Shown: positions 44,440-53,737, counted from the first letter of the stretch. The stretch: DNA of 64,000 nucleotides from an uncultured Dehalococcoidia bacterium (GCA_964565775.1 CAZMGB010000006.1:9403-73402); one strand, 5' to 3'. The notes: generated by a model not told the origin, from the sequence alone. Program-made: numbers and translations.

Positions 44440-45362
44440 TCACCGTCCTGGCTGGCGGCACGGGCGCGGCGCGATTCTTGGAGGGCCTGATTCACGTCGT
44501 CCCGCCGGAGGAAGTCACGATTATCTCCAACACGAGCGACGACGAGGAGTTCTTCGGCCTCCACGTCTCGCCCGATATCGATATCGTCATCTACACCCTG
44601 GCTGGCGTCGTGGACAGGGACAAAGGCTGGGGCTTCGCTGGCGATTCCTTCCACTTCCTGGGGACGATGTCGCGCTTCAGCGACCAGACGTGGTTTAGCC
44701 TGGGCGACCGCGACCTGGCCACCGACGTCCACCGCACGCACCTTCTGCGGCAGGGCCAGACCTTGGCCGAGGCCACCGCAGCCATAGCCCGGGCGTTTGG
44801 CCTGGGGGTGACTCTCCTCCCCATGTCTAACGACCCCGTGCGGACCGTCATGGCCACCGACGCCGGAGAGATGCCCTTCCAGGAGTACTTCGTGAAGCGG
44901 GGCTTTCGGGACCCGGTACGCCACATCACCTTTGAGGGCACGGAGGGGGCTCGGCCCGCCCCCGGTGTCCTAGAGGCCCTGGCAGGGGCGGAGGCCATTA
45001 TCCTGGCGCCGAGTAACCCTCTCGTCAGCATTGGCCCCATCCTGGCCGTGCCCGGGATACGAGACGCTCTCGGCCAGGGGGCTGCGCCGGTGGCGGCCAT
45101 AAGTCCTATCGTAGGCGGCAGCGCCCTTAAGGGCCCCGCCGACCGCATGATGGCCGCCCTGGGCCTGGACGTAAGCCCCCTGGGCGTGGCTCGCCTCTAC
45201 CAGGACTTTCTGGACCTGCTAGTCATGGACAAGGTCGATTCCAACCTCAAGCCCCAGGTCGAAGGTTTGGGGCTGAGCGTGCTCGTGACCAATACGATCA
45301 TGGCCGACCTGGAGGCGAAGGAAGCCCTCGCCCGCCACGTCCTGCAAGCAGTGAGGGGATGA
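44436..45362 (+). CDS. cofD: 2-phospho-L-lactate transferase (F420 biosynthesis)
   Basis: Start re-called to ATG 44436 (ATGA overlap). MITVLAGGTGAARFLEGL and downstream CofD/FbiA pattern. Confidence 0.8.
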   Translation: MITVLAGGTGAARFLEGLIHVVPPEEVTIISNTSDDEEFFGLHVSPDIDIVIYTLAGVVDRDKGWGFAGDSFHFLGTMSRFSDQTWFSLGDRDLATDVHRTHLLRQGQTLAEATAAIARAFGLGVTLLPMSNDPVRTVMATDAGEMPFQEYFVKRGFRDPVRHITFEGTEGARPAPGVLEALAGAEAIILAPSNPLVSIGPILAVPGIRDALGQGAAPVAAISPIVGGSALKGPADRMMAALGLDVSPLGVARLYQDFLDLLVMDKVDSNLKPQVEGLGLSVLVTNTIMADLEAKEALARHVLQAVRG

Positions 45363-45363
45363 C

Positions 45364-46020
45364 ATGCAGGCAGCGCTGGTGCCGGCGAAGGAGTTGGGCC
45401 AAGCCAAGGCCCGCCTGAATGCCGTCTTGTCGTATGAGCAGCGGCGCGCCCTGAGCGTGGCCATGCTGGCTGACGTCCTCGCTGCCCTAAGGGCTTGCCC
45501 GAGCCTCCGGAAGGTGGCCCTGGTCAGCCGCGACGACCAACTCCTCCGGCTCGGCCGCCAGATGGGGGCTCTTTCTCTGCCGGAGCCGGGCGGAATGGCT
45601 GGACTAAACGATGCCCTCACCTTCGCCCGTGGTGAGCTGGTGACCCGGGCCGTCGATACCCTGCTGGTAATACCCGCCGACCTGCCTCTCCTGACACGCG
45701 AGGACATAGAGACGTTGTTGAGGGAGATTCCGCGGCCCAGGGGTGCCCTAGTGGTCCCCGCCCGTGATAGGGGCACCAACGCGCTGGCACTGAGGCCCCC
45801 TTTCGTCATCCCCTTCCGCTTCGGGCCGAGCAGCGCCGACGCCCACGCCGAGGAGGCGGCTCGCGTGGGCCTGCCATGCCGCATCCTATCGATGGCCAAC
45901 ATCGCTCTGGACATAGACACGCCCGCGGATCTGGAAGAGCTATCCCGCCGCCGGGCGGGGCCCAGGACGGCGGGACTGCTTAGACGCCTCCCCTTGCCCT
46001 TCGGCGGTCGGCCCAGTTAA
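45364..46020 (+). CDS. cofC: 2-phospho-L-lactate (or PEP) guanylyltransferase
   Basis: 218 aa with N-terminal LVPAKELGQAKARL, typical of CofC/FbiD. Confidence 0.7.
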   Translation: MQAALVPAKELGQAKARLNAVLSYEQRRALSVAMLADVLAALRACPSLRKVALVSRDDQLLRLGRQMGALSLPEPGGMAGLNDALTFARGELVTRAVDTLLVIPADLPLLTREDIETLLREIPRPRGALVVPARDRGTNALALRPPFVIPFRFGPSSADAHAEEAARVGLPCRILSMANIALDIDTPADLEELSRRRAGPRTAGLLRRLPLPFGGRPS

Positions 46021-46034
46021 TAGGAGAGCCTGCC

Positions 46035-46640
46035 ATGGACGTGTTTACAGCCCTGACGGGCCGTCGCTCCCTGCGCCGCTTCGCGGAGAGGCCCGTAGCC
46101 CATCAGAGCCTGGAACGCCTTCTCACCGTTGCCTGCCTGGCCCCGGCGCCCCACCATTCCCGACCGTGGCGCTTCGTCGTCGTGGGCAGCCGACAATCGC
46201 GGCAACGCCTGGCCGAAGCCATGGGCCAACCCTGGCGCCTGGACCTGAAGTCCGACGGTGTACCGCCGGATAAGATAGCGTGGCTGCTGGAACGTTCACG
46301 CCGACAGATCATGGAGGCACCGGCCCTTATTCTGGGCTGCTTGGTGCCCCAGGGCCTGCGCCCGTGGCCCGACGAGCGCCGGCGCCAGGCCGAATGGGCC
46401 ATGGCGGTGCAGAGCATGGGTGCCGCCTTAGAGAACCTTATGCTGGCGGCCCACGCCCTGGGGCTGGCCAGCTTCTGGATCTCGGCGCCCCTTTTCTGCC
46501 CTGAGACCGTCCGAGAAGCCCTCGACCTGCCCGAGCACTACGTAGCCCAGGCCCTCATCGCCCTCGGCTACCCTGCCCCTGATGTGGCGCCCCGGCCACG
46601 GGAGGAGCCATCGCTGGCCGATCTGACCTTGGAGCGATAA
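46035..46640 (+). CDS. nitroreductase-fold protein, FbiB C-terminal-domain-like
   Basis: RRSLRRF...APAPHHSRPWRF. The FbiB-like call rests on context next to cofDC. Confidence 0.55.
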   Translation: MDVFTALTGRRSLRRFAERPVAHQSLERLLTVACLAPAPHHSRPWRFVVVGSRQSRQRLAEAMGQPWRLDLKSDGVPPDKIAWLLERSRRQIMEAPALILGCLVPQGLRPWPDERRRQAEWAMAVQSMGAALENLMLAAHALGLASFWISAPLFCPETVREALDLPEHYVAQALIALGYPAPDVAPRPREEPSLADLTLER

Positions 46641-46644
46641 ACTC

Positions 46645-47460
46645 ATGCCCTTCGCGCCGACCCGCGACGTCACCACCTACTACGAGGAGCAGGGCTCCGG
46701 GCCAGCCGTCATTCTCATCCACGGGCACGGCGCCGACCGGCGACTCTGGGAGCACCAGGCGCCCGCCCTCGCCCGCGCTGGCTACCGCGCCATCCGCTAC
46801 GACGTGCGCGGTCACGGTCGCAGCTCCATCCCCCTGTCCGGCTACACCTGGGAGGAGTACTCGGCGGACCTGAAGGCCCTCCTCGACCAGCTAGCCATCG
46901 CCCGCGCCCACCTGGTGGGGCTGTCGATGGGCGGCGGCATCGCCCTCCAGTTCGCCCTCGACCATCGGTCGCGTGTGCTCTCCCTCGTGCTGGTCGACTC
47001 GGCGCTGCCGGGCTTCGGCTACTCGAAGGAGATGGAGTCGGCCGTCGAGGAGCTGCGCCAGGCCGTCCGCCGCGAGGGGCCGCGCAAGGCGTTCGAGCGC
47101 CTCTGGCTAGCCCACCCCATGTTCGACGGCATCCGGCGCTTCCCGGAGCGCTTCGCCCTCCTCCGCGAGATGGCGCTCTCCTATCCCGCCGCCGACTATC
47201 TCGAGGATGCCGAGTACGCGCCTCCCGAGCGCCAGTTCGTCGACCGGCTGAGCGAGGTGTCGGCGCCGACGCTCGTGGTGGTCGGCGAGCTGGACATCCC
47301 CGACTTCCAGCTCATCGCCGACGTCCTGGCCGAGAACATCCCCGGCGCCGAAAAGCGCGTCGTGCCCGACACCGGCCACGTCCCGCCCCTGGAGCAGCCG
47401 GAGCAGATGAACCGCCTGCTGCTCGACTTCCTGGCGAAGGGTCCCTCGCGTGGCGACTGA
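46645..47460 (+). CDS. alpha/beta hydrolase
   Basis: HGHGAD and nucleophile elbow GLSMGG. Confidence 0.75.
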   Translation: MPFAPTRDVTTYYEEQGSGPAVILIHGHGADRRLWEHQAPALARAGYRAIRYDVRGHGRSSIPLSGYTWEEYSADLKALLDQLAIARAHLVGLSMGGGIALQFALDHRSRVLSLVLVDSALPGFGYSKEMESAVEELRQAVRREGPRKAFERLWLAHPMFDGIRRFPERFALLREMALSYPAADYLEDAEYAPPERQFVDRLSEVSAPTLVVVGELDIPDFQLIADVLAENIPGAEKRVVPDTGHVPPLEQPEQMNRLLLDFLAKGPSRGD

Positions 47461-48022
47461 TCTCGTCACTCGGCCGGCGGAGGAGGCCGACCTCCCGGCT
47501 CTGACGCGCCTCGACTACAGCTACTCGACGCAGCGCCTCCTCCACTTCAGCCGCGAGGGAGCGCCGCCCGAGCACGCCTTTCGATTCGGGTGGCGCGAGC
47601 AGTCGCCCGGACGCCGCCCCAGCTACGAATACGATCTGGCCGACCTCCAGCGGGCGCTCCAGACCTTCGACCTCTTCCTCGTGGGCGAGCTTGCCAGCGC
47701 GGTGGTGGGCCTGCTCATTCTCCGTGTGCCTAATCTGGGCGGCGCCGGCGAGATCACAGACCTTGGCGTACACCGGCCCTTCCGCCGTCGCGGCCTGGCG
47801 AGCGCCCTCCTCGCGCGGGCCGTCGAACACGCCCGCTCCCGCGGCCTACGCGCCCTTTGGGTCGAGCCCCAGAACGACAACGGCGACGCCATCGACTTCT
47901 ACATGGCGCGGGGCTTCCGCTTGTCGGGGTTCAACGACCGCATGTACTCGAACGCCAACGACGAGCGCCAGCAGGTGACCCTCTTCCTCTACCGCGCGCT
48001 CGACGCACTGGCAATGGTCTAA
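47450..48022 (+). CDS. GNAT family N-acetyltransferase
   Basis: Acetyl-CoA motif FRRRGLASALLARAVEHA. Confidence 0.7.
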   Translation: MATDLVTRPAEEADLPALTRLDYSYSTQRLLHFSREGAPPEHAFRFGWREQSPGRRPSYEYDLADLQRALQTFDLFLVGELASAVVGLLILRVPNLGGAGEITDLGVHRPFRRRGLASALLARAVEHARSRGLRALWVEPQNDNGDAIDFYMARGFRLSGFNDRMYSNANDERQQVTLFLYRALDALAMV

Positions 48023-48060
48023 CTGTCATTGCCCAAATAAGTCACCATCGGGCAACCCTC

Positions 48061-48118
48061 GTAGGCGGGGGTCTTTAGACCCTCGCGATCCTGTCGGGGT
48101 CTCAAGACCCCGACCTAC
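48061..48118. repeat. REP-like compound palindrome
   Basis: gtaggcgggggtctttagaccc...ggggtctcaagaccccgacctac: inverted arms, each containing its own small hairpin. Confidence 0.6.
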
Positions 48119-48268
48119 GAAGATCGAACTCTGTCGGCTTATTCCGTTCATGACCACAAGACCGTCGCCTACAAAAAATCCGCAATCTGTGCTACGTCTG
48201 TGGGAATCTGCGGCGATCTGGATCGCCTCCTTCCTGCGCTGGCTGTCCTTGCCAGGGTATGCGATAAT

Positions 48269-49624
48269 ATGTTCGATATGCCACCGAAAAAGCGTGGAAA
48301 GCCGACCTCCGACATGTTCGGCGAGCGCGCCAGGCGCCTGACCCAGCACGAGGCGCCCCTGGCCGCCCGCATGCGCCCGCGCAACTTCGACGAGTTCGTC
48401 GGGCAGGAGCACCTGGTCGGCGAGGGCACCATCCTGCGCCGCGTCATCGAGGCGGACCAGCTCCCTTCCCTCATCCTCTGGGGGCCGCCGGGCAGCGGCA
48501 AGACCACCCTCGCCCGCATCGTCGCCAGTCAGACGCGCGCCCACTTCTCCCCCGTCTCCGCCGTTACCGCCGGCGTCGCCGACCTGCGCCGCATCGTCGA
48601 GGAGGCCCAGGAGCGCCGCGGCCTCTACGACCGGCGCACCATCCTCTTCATCGACGAAATCCATCGCTTCAACAAGGCGCAGCAGGACACGATTCTCCCT
48701 TATGTCGAGGACGGCGTCATCACGCTCATCGGCGCCACCACTGAGAACCCCTCCTTCGAGGTCATCGGGCCCCTGCTCTCCCGCTGCCGCGTCTACACCC
48801 TCAACCAGCTCACGCCGGAGCAGGTGGAGACGCTCGTCCGGCGCGCCCTGGCCGACAAGGAGCGCGGGCTGGGAGAACGCGGCCTGTCGACCGACGACGA
48901 CGTGGTGCCGGGCCTGGCCTCCGCCTCGGGGGGCGACGCCCGAATCGCCCTCAACGCCCTCGAGCTGGCCGCCGCCGCCGCCGAGGCCCAGGGTGACCGT
49001 CGCGTGACGCTGGCTCTCATCGAGGAGGCGCTCCAGCACCGCACCTACCTCTACGACCGCGCCGGCGACTCCCACTACGACACCATCTCCGCCTTCATCA
49101 AGTCGCTGCGCGGCTCCGACCCCGACGCCGCCCTCTACTGGCTCGCCCGCATGGTGGAGGCCGGCGAGGACCCGCTGTTCATCGTCCGGCGCATGGTCAT
49201 CCTCGCTGCTGAGGACGTCGGGCTGGCCGACCCGCAGGCGCTGGTCGTCGCGACGGCCTGTCAGCAGGCGGTGCACTTCGTCGGCATGCCGGAGGGCTTC
49301 CTGCCCATGGCCGAGTGCGCCATCTACCTGGCGACGGCGCCCAAGAGCAACAGCGCCCTCACCGCCTATCAGCGCGCCCTCGAGGACGTGCGCCGCACCC
49401 GCAACGAGCCCGTCCCCCTCCACCTGCGCAACCCCGTCACCGGCCTCATGCGCGACACGGGCTACGGTAAGGGCTACGCCTACGACCACGGCTCGCCGGA
49501 GCATTACGCCGGGCAGGAGCACCTGCCGCAGAAGCTGTCGGGGCGTCGCTACTACCGCCCGGGCGAGCTGGGCTTCGAGGCGAAGATCAAGCAGTGGTAT
49601 GAGCGGCTTCGGAAGCAGGAATAG
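48269..49624 (+). CDS. rarA: replication-associated recombination protein A (AAA+ ATPase)
   Basis: Walker A GPPGSGKTTLARI, Walker B LFIDEIHRF and the MgsA C-terminal region. The start is ATG 48269 or 48278, possibly leaderless behind GATAAT/TAATAT. Confidence 0.85.
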   Translation: MFDMPPKKRGKPTSDMFGERARRLTQHEAPLAARMRPRNFDEFVGQEHLVGEGTILRRVIEADQLPSLILWGPPGSGKTTLARIVASQTRAHFSPVSAVTAGVADLRRIVEEAQERRGLYDRRTILFIDEIHRFNKAQQDTILPYVEDGVITLIGATTENPSFEVIGPLLSRCRVYTLNQLTPEQVETLVRRALADKERGLGERGLSTDDDVVPGLASASGGDARIALNALELAAAAAEAQGDRRVTLALIEEALQHRTYLYDRAGDSHYDTISAFIKSLRGSDPDAALYWLARMVEAGEDPLFIVRRMVILAAEDVGLADPQALVVATACQQAVHFVGMPEGFLPMAECAIYLATAPKSNSALTAYQRALEDVRRTRNEPVPLHLRNPVTGLMRDTGYGKGYAYDHGSPEHYAGQEHLPQKLSGRRYYRPGELGFEAKIKQWYERLRKQE

Positions 49625-49670
49625 CCCCTCACCCCCGGCCCCTCTCCCGCAGGCGGGAGAGGGGTGACGG
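49625..49670. repeat. 46-bp palindromic element (cccctcacccccggCCCCTCTCCCGC-aggc-GGGAGAGGGGtgacgg), copy 1
   Basis: Begins immediately after the rarA stop. The same element recurs at 50081, 50174 (diverged) and 50265. Confidence 0.8.
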
Positions 49671-49718
49671 CTGTCGGCCCGCCTGCCGGCAGGCAGGGGT
49701 GAGGGCAAGTAAGCAAGC

Positions 49719-50123
49719 ATGGACGGCCAGTTCGACGTTAGACCTGAGGTGCGTCGCCGCCTGGCAGAGGCCGCACGCACGCTCCGCAAGCAGGGCACAC
49801 CCAGCGAGTCGCTGCTATGGAAGGCCCTTCGCAACCGAAAGCTCGGTGGCCGGAAGTTTCGCCGCCAGCACCCGGTCGGGCCCTTCGTAGTAGACTTCTA
49901 CTGTCACCAAGAACGGCTCGTCATAGAAGTCGATGGCCCCGTCCACAGGCGTCAAGCTGCGGCCGATCGAGAGCGGCAACAGCTACTGGAGGCGTCGGGG
50001 CTGCGTGTGGTCCGCGTCAGAAGTGAGGATGTGGAGACAGACATCGAAGGCGTGCTGAACAGGATACGAAGGGAGTTGGGACCCTCACCCCCGGCCCCTC
50101 TCCCGCGCGCCGGAGAGGGGTGA
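49719..50123 (+). CDS. DUF559 (Vsr-like endonuclease fold) protein
   Basis: SESLLWKALRNRKLGGRKFRRQHPVGPFVVDFYC...LVIEVDG...R. The C-terminus runs into a palindromic element. Confidence 0.75.
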   Translation: MDGQFDVRPEVRRRLAEAARTLRKQGTPSESLLWKALRNRKLGGRKFRRQHPVGPFVVDFYCHQERLVIEVDGPVHRRQAAADRERQQLLEASGLRVVRVRSEDVETDIEGVLNRIRRELGPSPPAPLPRAGEG

Positions 50124-50330
50124 CGGCAGTCGGGCGGGGGCAGCGGTAGAAGCGGCGCTCGGGTAGAGAACGACCCCTCACCCCCGGCCGCTCGCCCGGC
50201 GACGGGTGAGGAGTGAGGCCAGTCGGGGGAGCAGTGGTACGAGCGGCTGTGGGGTGGAGAATGACCCCTCACCCCCGGCCCCTCTCCCGCGTGCGGGAGA
50301 GGGGTGACGGCAGTCGGGGTGAGGGCCGCG
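50081..50330. repeat. three tandem ~92-bp units, each a palindromic element plus a decayed copy of the rarA 3' end
   Basis: Elements at 50081-50126, 50174-50218 and 50265-50310. The spacers (gcagcggtagaagcggcg..., gcagtggtacgagcggctg...) align with rarA 49590-49624 (gcagtggtatgagcggcttcgg...). Confidence 0.65.
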
Positions 50331-50395
50331 CCTTCGAGGCGAAGATCAAGGAGTGGTACCAGCAGCGAAGCAAGAGCACAGGGAAGAAAGTCTAG
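50330..50395 (+). pseudogene. displaced alternative rarA C-terminal coding end (..FEAKIKEWYQQRSKSTGKKV-stop)
   Basis: gccttcgaggcgaagatcaaggagtggta aligns with rarA 49571-49599 (ggcttcgaggcgaagatcaagcagtggta). Confidence 0.6.
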
Positions 50396-50916
50396 CGCAG
50401 TTTCCGCCTCGGCCGCGCGCGCTTGGATTGGTCAACCACCTTCAACAGGTGATTGGCCCAGATCAGCGATTCCAGCGCGGCGTTGGGATCATCTCTGAGG
50501 TCGTGCTCGTGAGCGCGGGGGTTCCTGATCCCGATCATGCACCCAGCGAAGATGAACCTGTAGCCCATCTGCTCGTCCCGCCGTGATTTCGTTGTCAGCT
50601 CATTCAACTTCAAGATCGGATTGTCTTCACTGAACACATGATGCATGAGGTCGGCGCCATCCAGCGAACTCCCCGACTTCTTTTTTACCGTGTTGTTCAC
50701 ACACTTGTACGCTTCCTCGACAGCCTCGGCGTAGTGCCCGTCCATGAAGAGGCTGCGGGTAGCGGAACGAAGCGGACGGGACGTGATCAGACGGTCGTAA
50801 AGGGGCACCAGCCCCTCCCAGGTGGGCTGGGGCAAGGGCTCAGGCGCTTGGAGGCCAAGCCTTTGAACCTCATCGCGCGCGTGCTTCGCAAGCTGAAGCA
50901 CCCTGTGGGACCTCAC
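50392..50916 (-). CDS. TIGR02391 (Hypoth_ymh)-like protein
   Basis: LFMDGHYAEAVEEAYKCVNNTVKKKSG...GADLMHHVF...DEQMGY..IFAGCMIGIRNPRAHE matches my memory of that family's signature. Confidence 0.55.
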   Translation of the reverse strand: MRSHRVLQLAKHARDEVQRLGLQAPEPLPQPTWEGLVPLYDRLITSRPLRSATRSLFMDGHYAEAVEEAYKCVNNTVKKKSGSSLDGADLMHHVFSEDNPILKLNELTTKSRRDEQMGYRFIFAGCMIGIRNPRAHEHDLRDDPNAALESLIWANHLLKVVDQSKRARPRRKLR

Positions 50917-50926
50917 CGGTCAGGCC

Positions 50927-51688
50927 CTATGGCTCCCGGCCATAGAGATGGCGCGCCATACTAGCGAATACTTGGTCGATCTGGTCAGGGGACGCGGCAG
51001 GGTCGATATGGATATTGACGTCAATGTGGACTTCGGGCTCGCCGGGCGGGCGGGGCCTCTTCTTGTCTGGCTCCTCGCGCTTCTCCTCCTTTTGCCCGGC
51101 CTGTCCGGGTTGTCCGCCCGGTACCTCCTCAAGCGCCTGCTCAATACTGATGATTCGCGGTGCTCCAGCGATCTGCTGCAACAGACCTAGATACTCGACG
51201 TTCTCCATGAAGATCTGCACACACAGCGGACGGTCGGGCTCAGGGATGCCGCCCAACTCATCATACATCACGTCTTGTGCAGGGAGGCGCTTGCCCTTTA
51301 GCCTTTCATAAAGCAGGTTAAAGGGCTCCAGCCGGGTGACCGCAAGCTCGAACTCCATTCTTCGGCGCTCGCGTGGTGGCGTTTCGGGATTGACTACGGT
51401 GGCACCCTCCTCGGTCAATCTCAGGTACTCCGCCTTGTAGCCTCCAGACGTAAGCCCGTACCTCGCCGAATCCGTCACAAGCTTCCTGCCCGATCCGCTC
51501 TCGGGCGAGCGCTGCAGCCGGTCGAAGACACTGATTCGCCTCAGTTGGCCATCCAGGCCATGTTGATGGATAGCGGTTGCGAGAACGAGAGCTTCCTGGA
51601 ACGGCGATAGTGGGAAGCTCTTGGCCGCCCCCCGACCCCTCTTCTTGCGCTCCGGTGCGCCAGCCGCTCCAATACCGACTTCAACCAT
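50927..51688 (-). CDS. hypothetical protein (basic N-terminus, charged linker, conserved C-terminal tail)
   Basis: 253-aa ORF with coding-like composition, 10 nt upstream of the TIGR02391-like gene. No motif recognised. Confidence 0.45.
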   Translation of the reverse strand: MVEVGIGAAGAPERKKRGRGAAKSFPLSPFQEALVLATAIHQHGLDGQLRRISVFDRLQRSPESGSGRKLVTDSARYGLTSGGYKAEYLRLTEEGATVVNPETPPRERRRMEFELAVTRLEPFNLLYERLKGKRLPAQDVMYDELGGIPEPDRPLCVQIFMENVEYLGLLQQIAGAPRIISIEQALEEVPGGQPGQAGQKEEKREEPDKKRPRPPGEPEVHIDVNIHIDPAASPDQIDQVFASMARHLYGREP

Positions 51689-51960
51689 TCGTTAGCCTCC
51701 CGCGCCCCTCAGTGTCACAGGTTTCGCTAGCGGGGCACATGCATCGGGCAGATTGTAGCACGCCTGGGGGACAATGGGCAAGAACACCAGTTCGTTTGCA
51801 GTTCGGCGGGCTAGCCGTGACTGCGGTTGATCTTCACCCTAGCGACAGGTGCCTCACCGCTTCTAGGCCCACGCTACGCCTGACAACCGCATAAGCGGGG
51901 GATAAGCACAGCGCCGCCGTGGGGCCGGACGGCTTGCTCCGCTTGCAGGGATGCGACACC

Positions 51961-51986
51961 GAAGGCCAGGCTTAAGCCTGGCCTTC
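51961..51986. repeat. perfect 26-bp palindrome GAAGGCCAGGCTTAAGCCTGGCCTTC
   Basis: Read directly, isolated in a 580-bp non-coding stretch. Confidence 0.8.
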
Positions 51987-52265
51987 CATCCGTTGTCACT
52001 CCCGTCGAAACCCACATGATCACCCCAGCCATCACATTTCATCAGCGGTGATGCGCTTCTGCACCTCCGTCGGCCCACGTCCGCGGTTGTCGCCGCCCCG
52101 ATGTCTCACTGATCGAAAAGGCCGATCAGCCACTCTCGACGACCAGCGAAACGGGCCGTTCGGCTCATGGCGAGGGCTACATGGCCGATCTATCCTGTAT
52201 GTTGGGGCATATCCCCCAAGCAGATGATACAGGCCTGCGGTCTCCTGGGCCTTCCGAGAACACCG

Positions 52266-52439
52266 TTGCTAGTGCTCACGCGGAAACCAGCTCAGTCCAT
52301 CGTCGCGAGCTTCGAGGAAGCCGAAGTCAGGTTCACGATCATCCGGCACAACGGAGACAGAGTGACGGTGGGGGTGGAAGCGCCCCCGACCGTGAAGATC
52401 ATGCGGGCCGAGCTCCTGGACGAGGGACCGGCGGCCTGA
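52266..52439 (+). CDS. csrA: CsrA-like RNA-binding regulator
   Basis: A TTG start gives MLVLTRKPAQSI...VRFTIIRHNGDRVTVGVEAPPTVKIMRAEL. This aligns with the CsrA pattern MLxLxRK...I.V.....G..V.lGi.AP..v.i.R.E. Confidence 0.55.
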   Translation: MLVLTRKPAQSIVASFEEAEVRFTIIRHNGDRVTVGVEAPPTVKIMRAELLDEGPAA

Positions 52440-52606
52440 GCCTGAGCGCGCCCCGACCCCTTTCGCGCGTCAGACACCTCCCAGCGACCGACAGGAAAGC
52501 ACACCTCGTACGGGCCAACCTTCAGGCCTGGCCTCGGACGCGGAACAACCGCGCCCCGAGCCTGCCGAATGGCCCCTCCACTTGGCGTGAACCTAAGCCG
52601 CGCCCC

Positions 52607-53722
52607 GTGTACAATGCGGCCGTGGACTACCGCATCCGCAGCGCTCGCCGCGCCGACCTGCCCGCCGTCTATGAGCTGGTCGACGCCTGCTTCCCCTTCG
52701 CCCAGCCCGAGCTCTTCGTCCGCCAGACGGAGAGCGACTCCAGCTATCGCTTCTGGCAGACGCGCGTGCTGGAGGTCGACGGCCGCATCGTTAGCCACGT
52801 GCGCATCTTCGACCGCACCATGTGGGTGCGGGGCGTCCCCATGCGGGCCGGCGGCATCGGCTCCGTAGCCACGCACGCCGACTACCGAAAGCACGGGTTC
52901 GCCAGCGTCCTCCTGAAGGACGCCATCGCCCAGATGGAGCGTCGGGGCTACCATCTCTCCTTCCTCTTCACAGGCATCCCCCACTTCTACGCACGGCTGG
53001 GCTGGCGCGTCGTGCGCATGCCGTACTACGCCACCAGCGCCCAGGAGATCGCCGCCCTTTCGGGCGAACGTGGCGTCCGCGTGCGACCCTTCACCCCCGC
53101 CGACATCCCGGCCCTGGCCCGAATCTACGACAGGATGAGCGGCGGCCACACCGGGGCCATCGCGCGTAGCAAGCGCTACTGGCGAGACCACCTCACCTGG
53201 ACCGACGACGACCCGGACGGCTTTCTCGTAGCTGAGGCGAAAGGCGGACCCGTCGCCTACGTGCGGAGCCGCGTCGAGATTGACAAGCACCTGAACCTGC
53301 TGGAGGGCGTCGCCCTGCCCGGCGAGGAGGGAGCGCTTACCTCGCTGCTCGCCTCCCTGGCCCGCTACGCCGAGAGCGAGGGCGCCGCCGAGATACGCGG
53401 CCTCGTTCCGGCGGACAGCGCCCTCGCCGGTGTACTGGGTGCACTGCCGTCCTCACGCGTCACGATGGACCTCCCTCTGCCCGACATGATGCGCGTCGTC
53501 GACCTGGAGGGCATGCTCTCTCGTCTCCTCCCGGACCGCCGCCAGCGGACGCAGCTCAAGGTCGCGCCGGAGGACTGGATCTTTGCCGTGATGGGTCAGA
53601 TGCCTGTGGAGGCTCTCGCCGGGGAACCAGCGACCACGCCCTCCGCCCGGCGCGCGGCGGATGTCCTGGAGCGGGCGCTGCCGCAGCAGCCCCTGCACTT
53701 CTGGAACAGCGACCGTATCTAG
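52607..53722 (+). CDS. GNAT acetyltransferase with C-terminal extension (Eis-like architecture)
   Basis: Start re-called to GTG 52607. GGIGSVATHADYRKHGFASVLLKDAI followed by a ~200-aa C-terminal region. Confidence 0.6.
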   Translation: MYNAAVDYRIRSARRADLPAVYELVDACFPFAQPELFVRQTESDSSYRFWQTRVLEVDGRIVSHVRIFDRTMWVRGVPMRAGGIGSVATHADYRKHGFASVLLKDAIAQMERRGYHLSFLFTGIPHFYARLGWRVVRMPYYATSAQEIAALSGERGVRVRPFTPADIPALARIYDRMSGGHTGAIARSKRYWRDHLTWTDDDPDGFLVAEAKGGPVAYVRSRVEIDKHLNLLEGVALPGEEGALTSLLASLARYAESEGAAEIRGLVPADSALAGVLGALPSSRVTMDLPLPDMMRVVDLEGMLSRLLPDRRQRTQLKVAPEDWIFAVMGQMPVEALAGEPATTPSARRAADVLERALPQQPLHFWNSDRI

Positions 53723-53737
53723 GCCGCGCAGTCGGGG

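Noticed and set aside
48026-49834. 602-aa ORF on the minus strand
   Set aside because: It is antisense to rarA (Walker A/B present on the + strand) and has shadow-frame composition.
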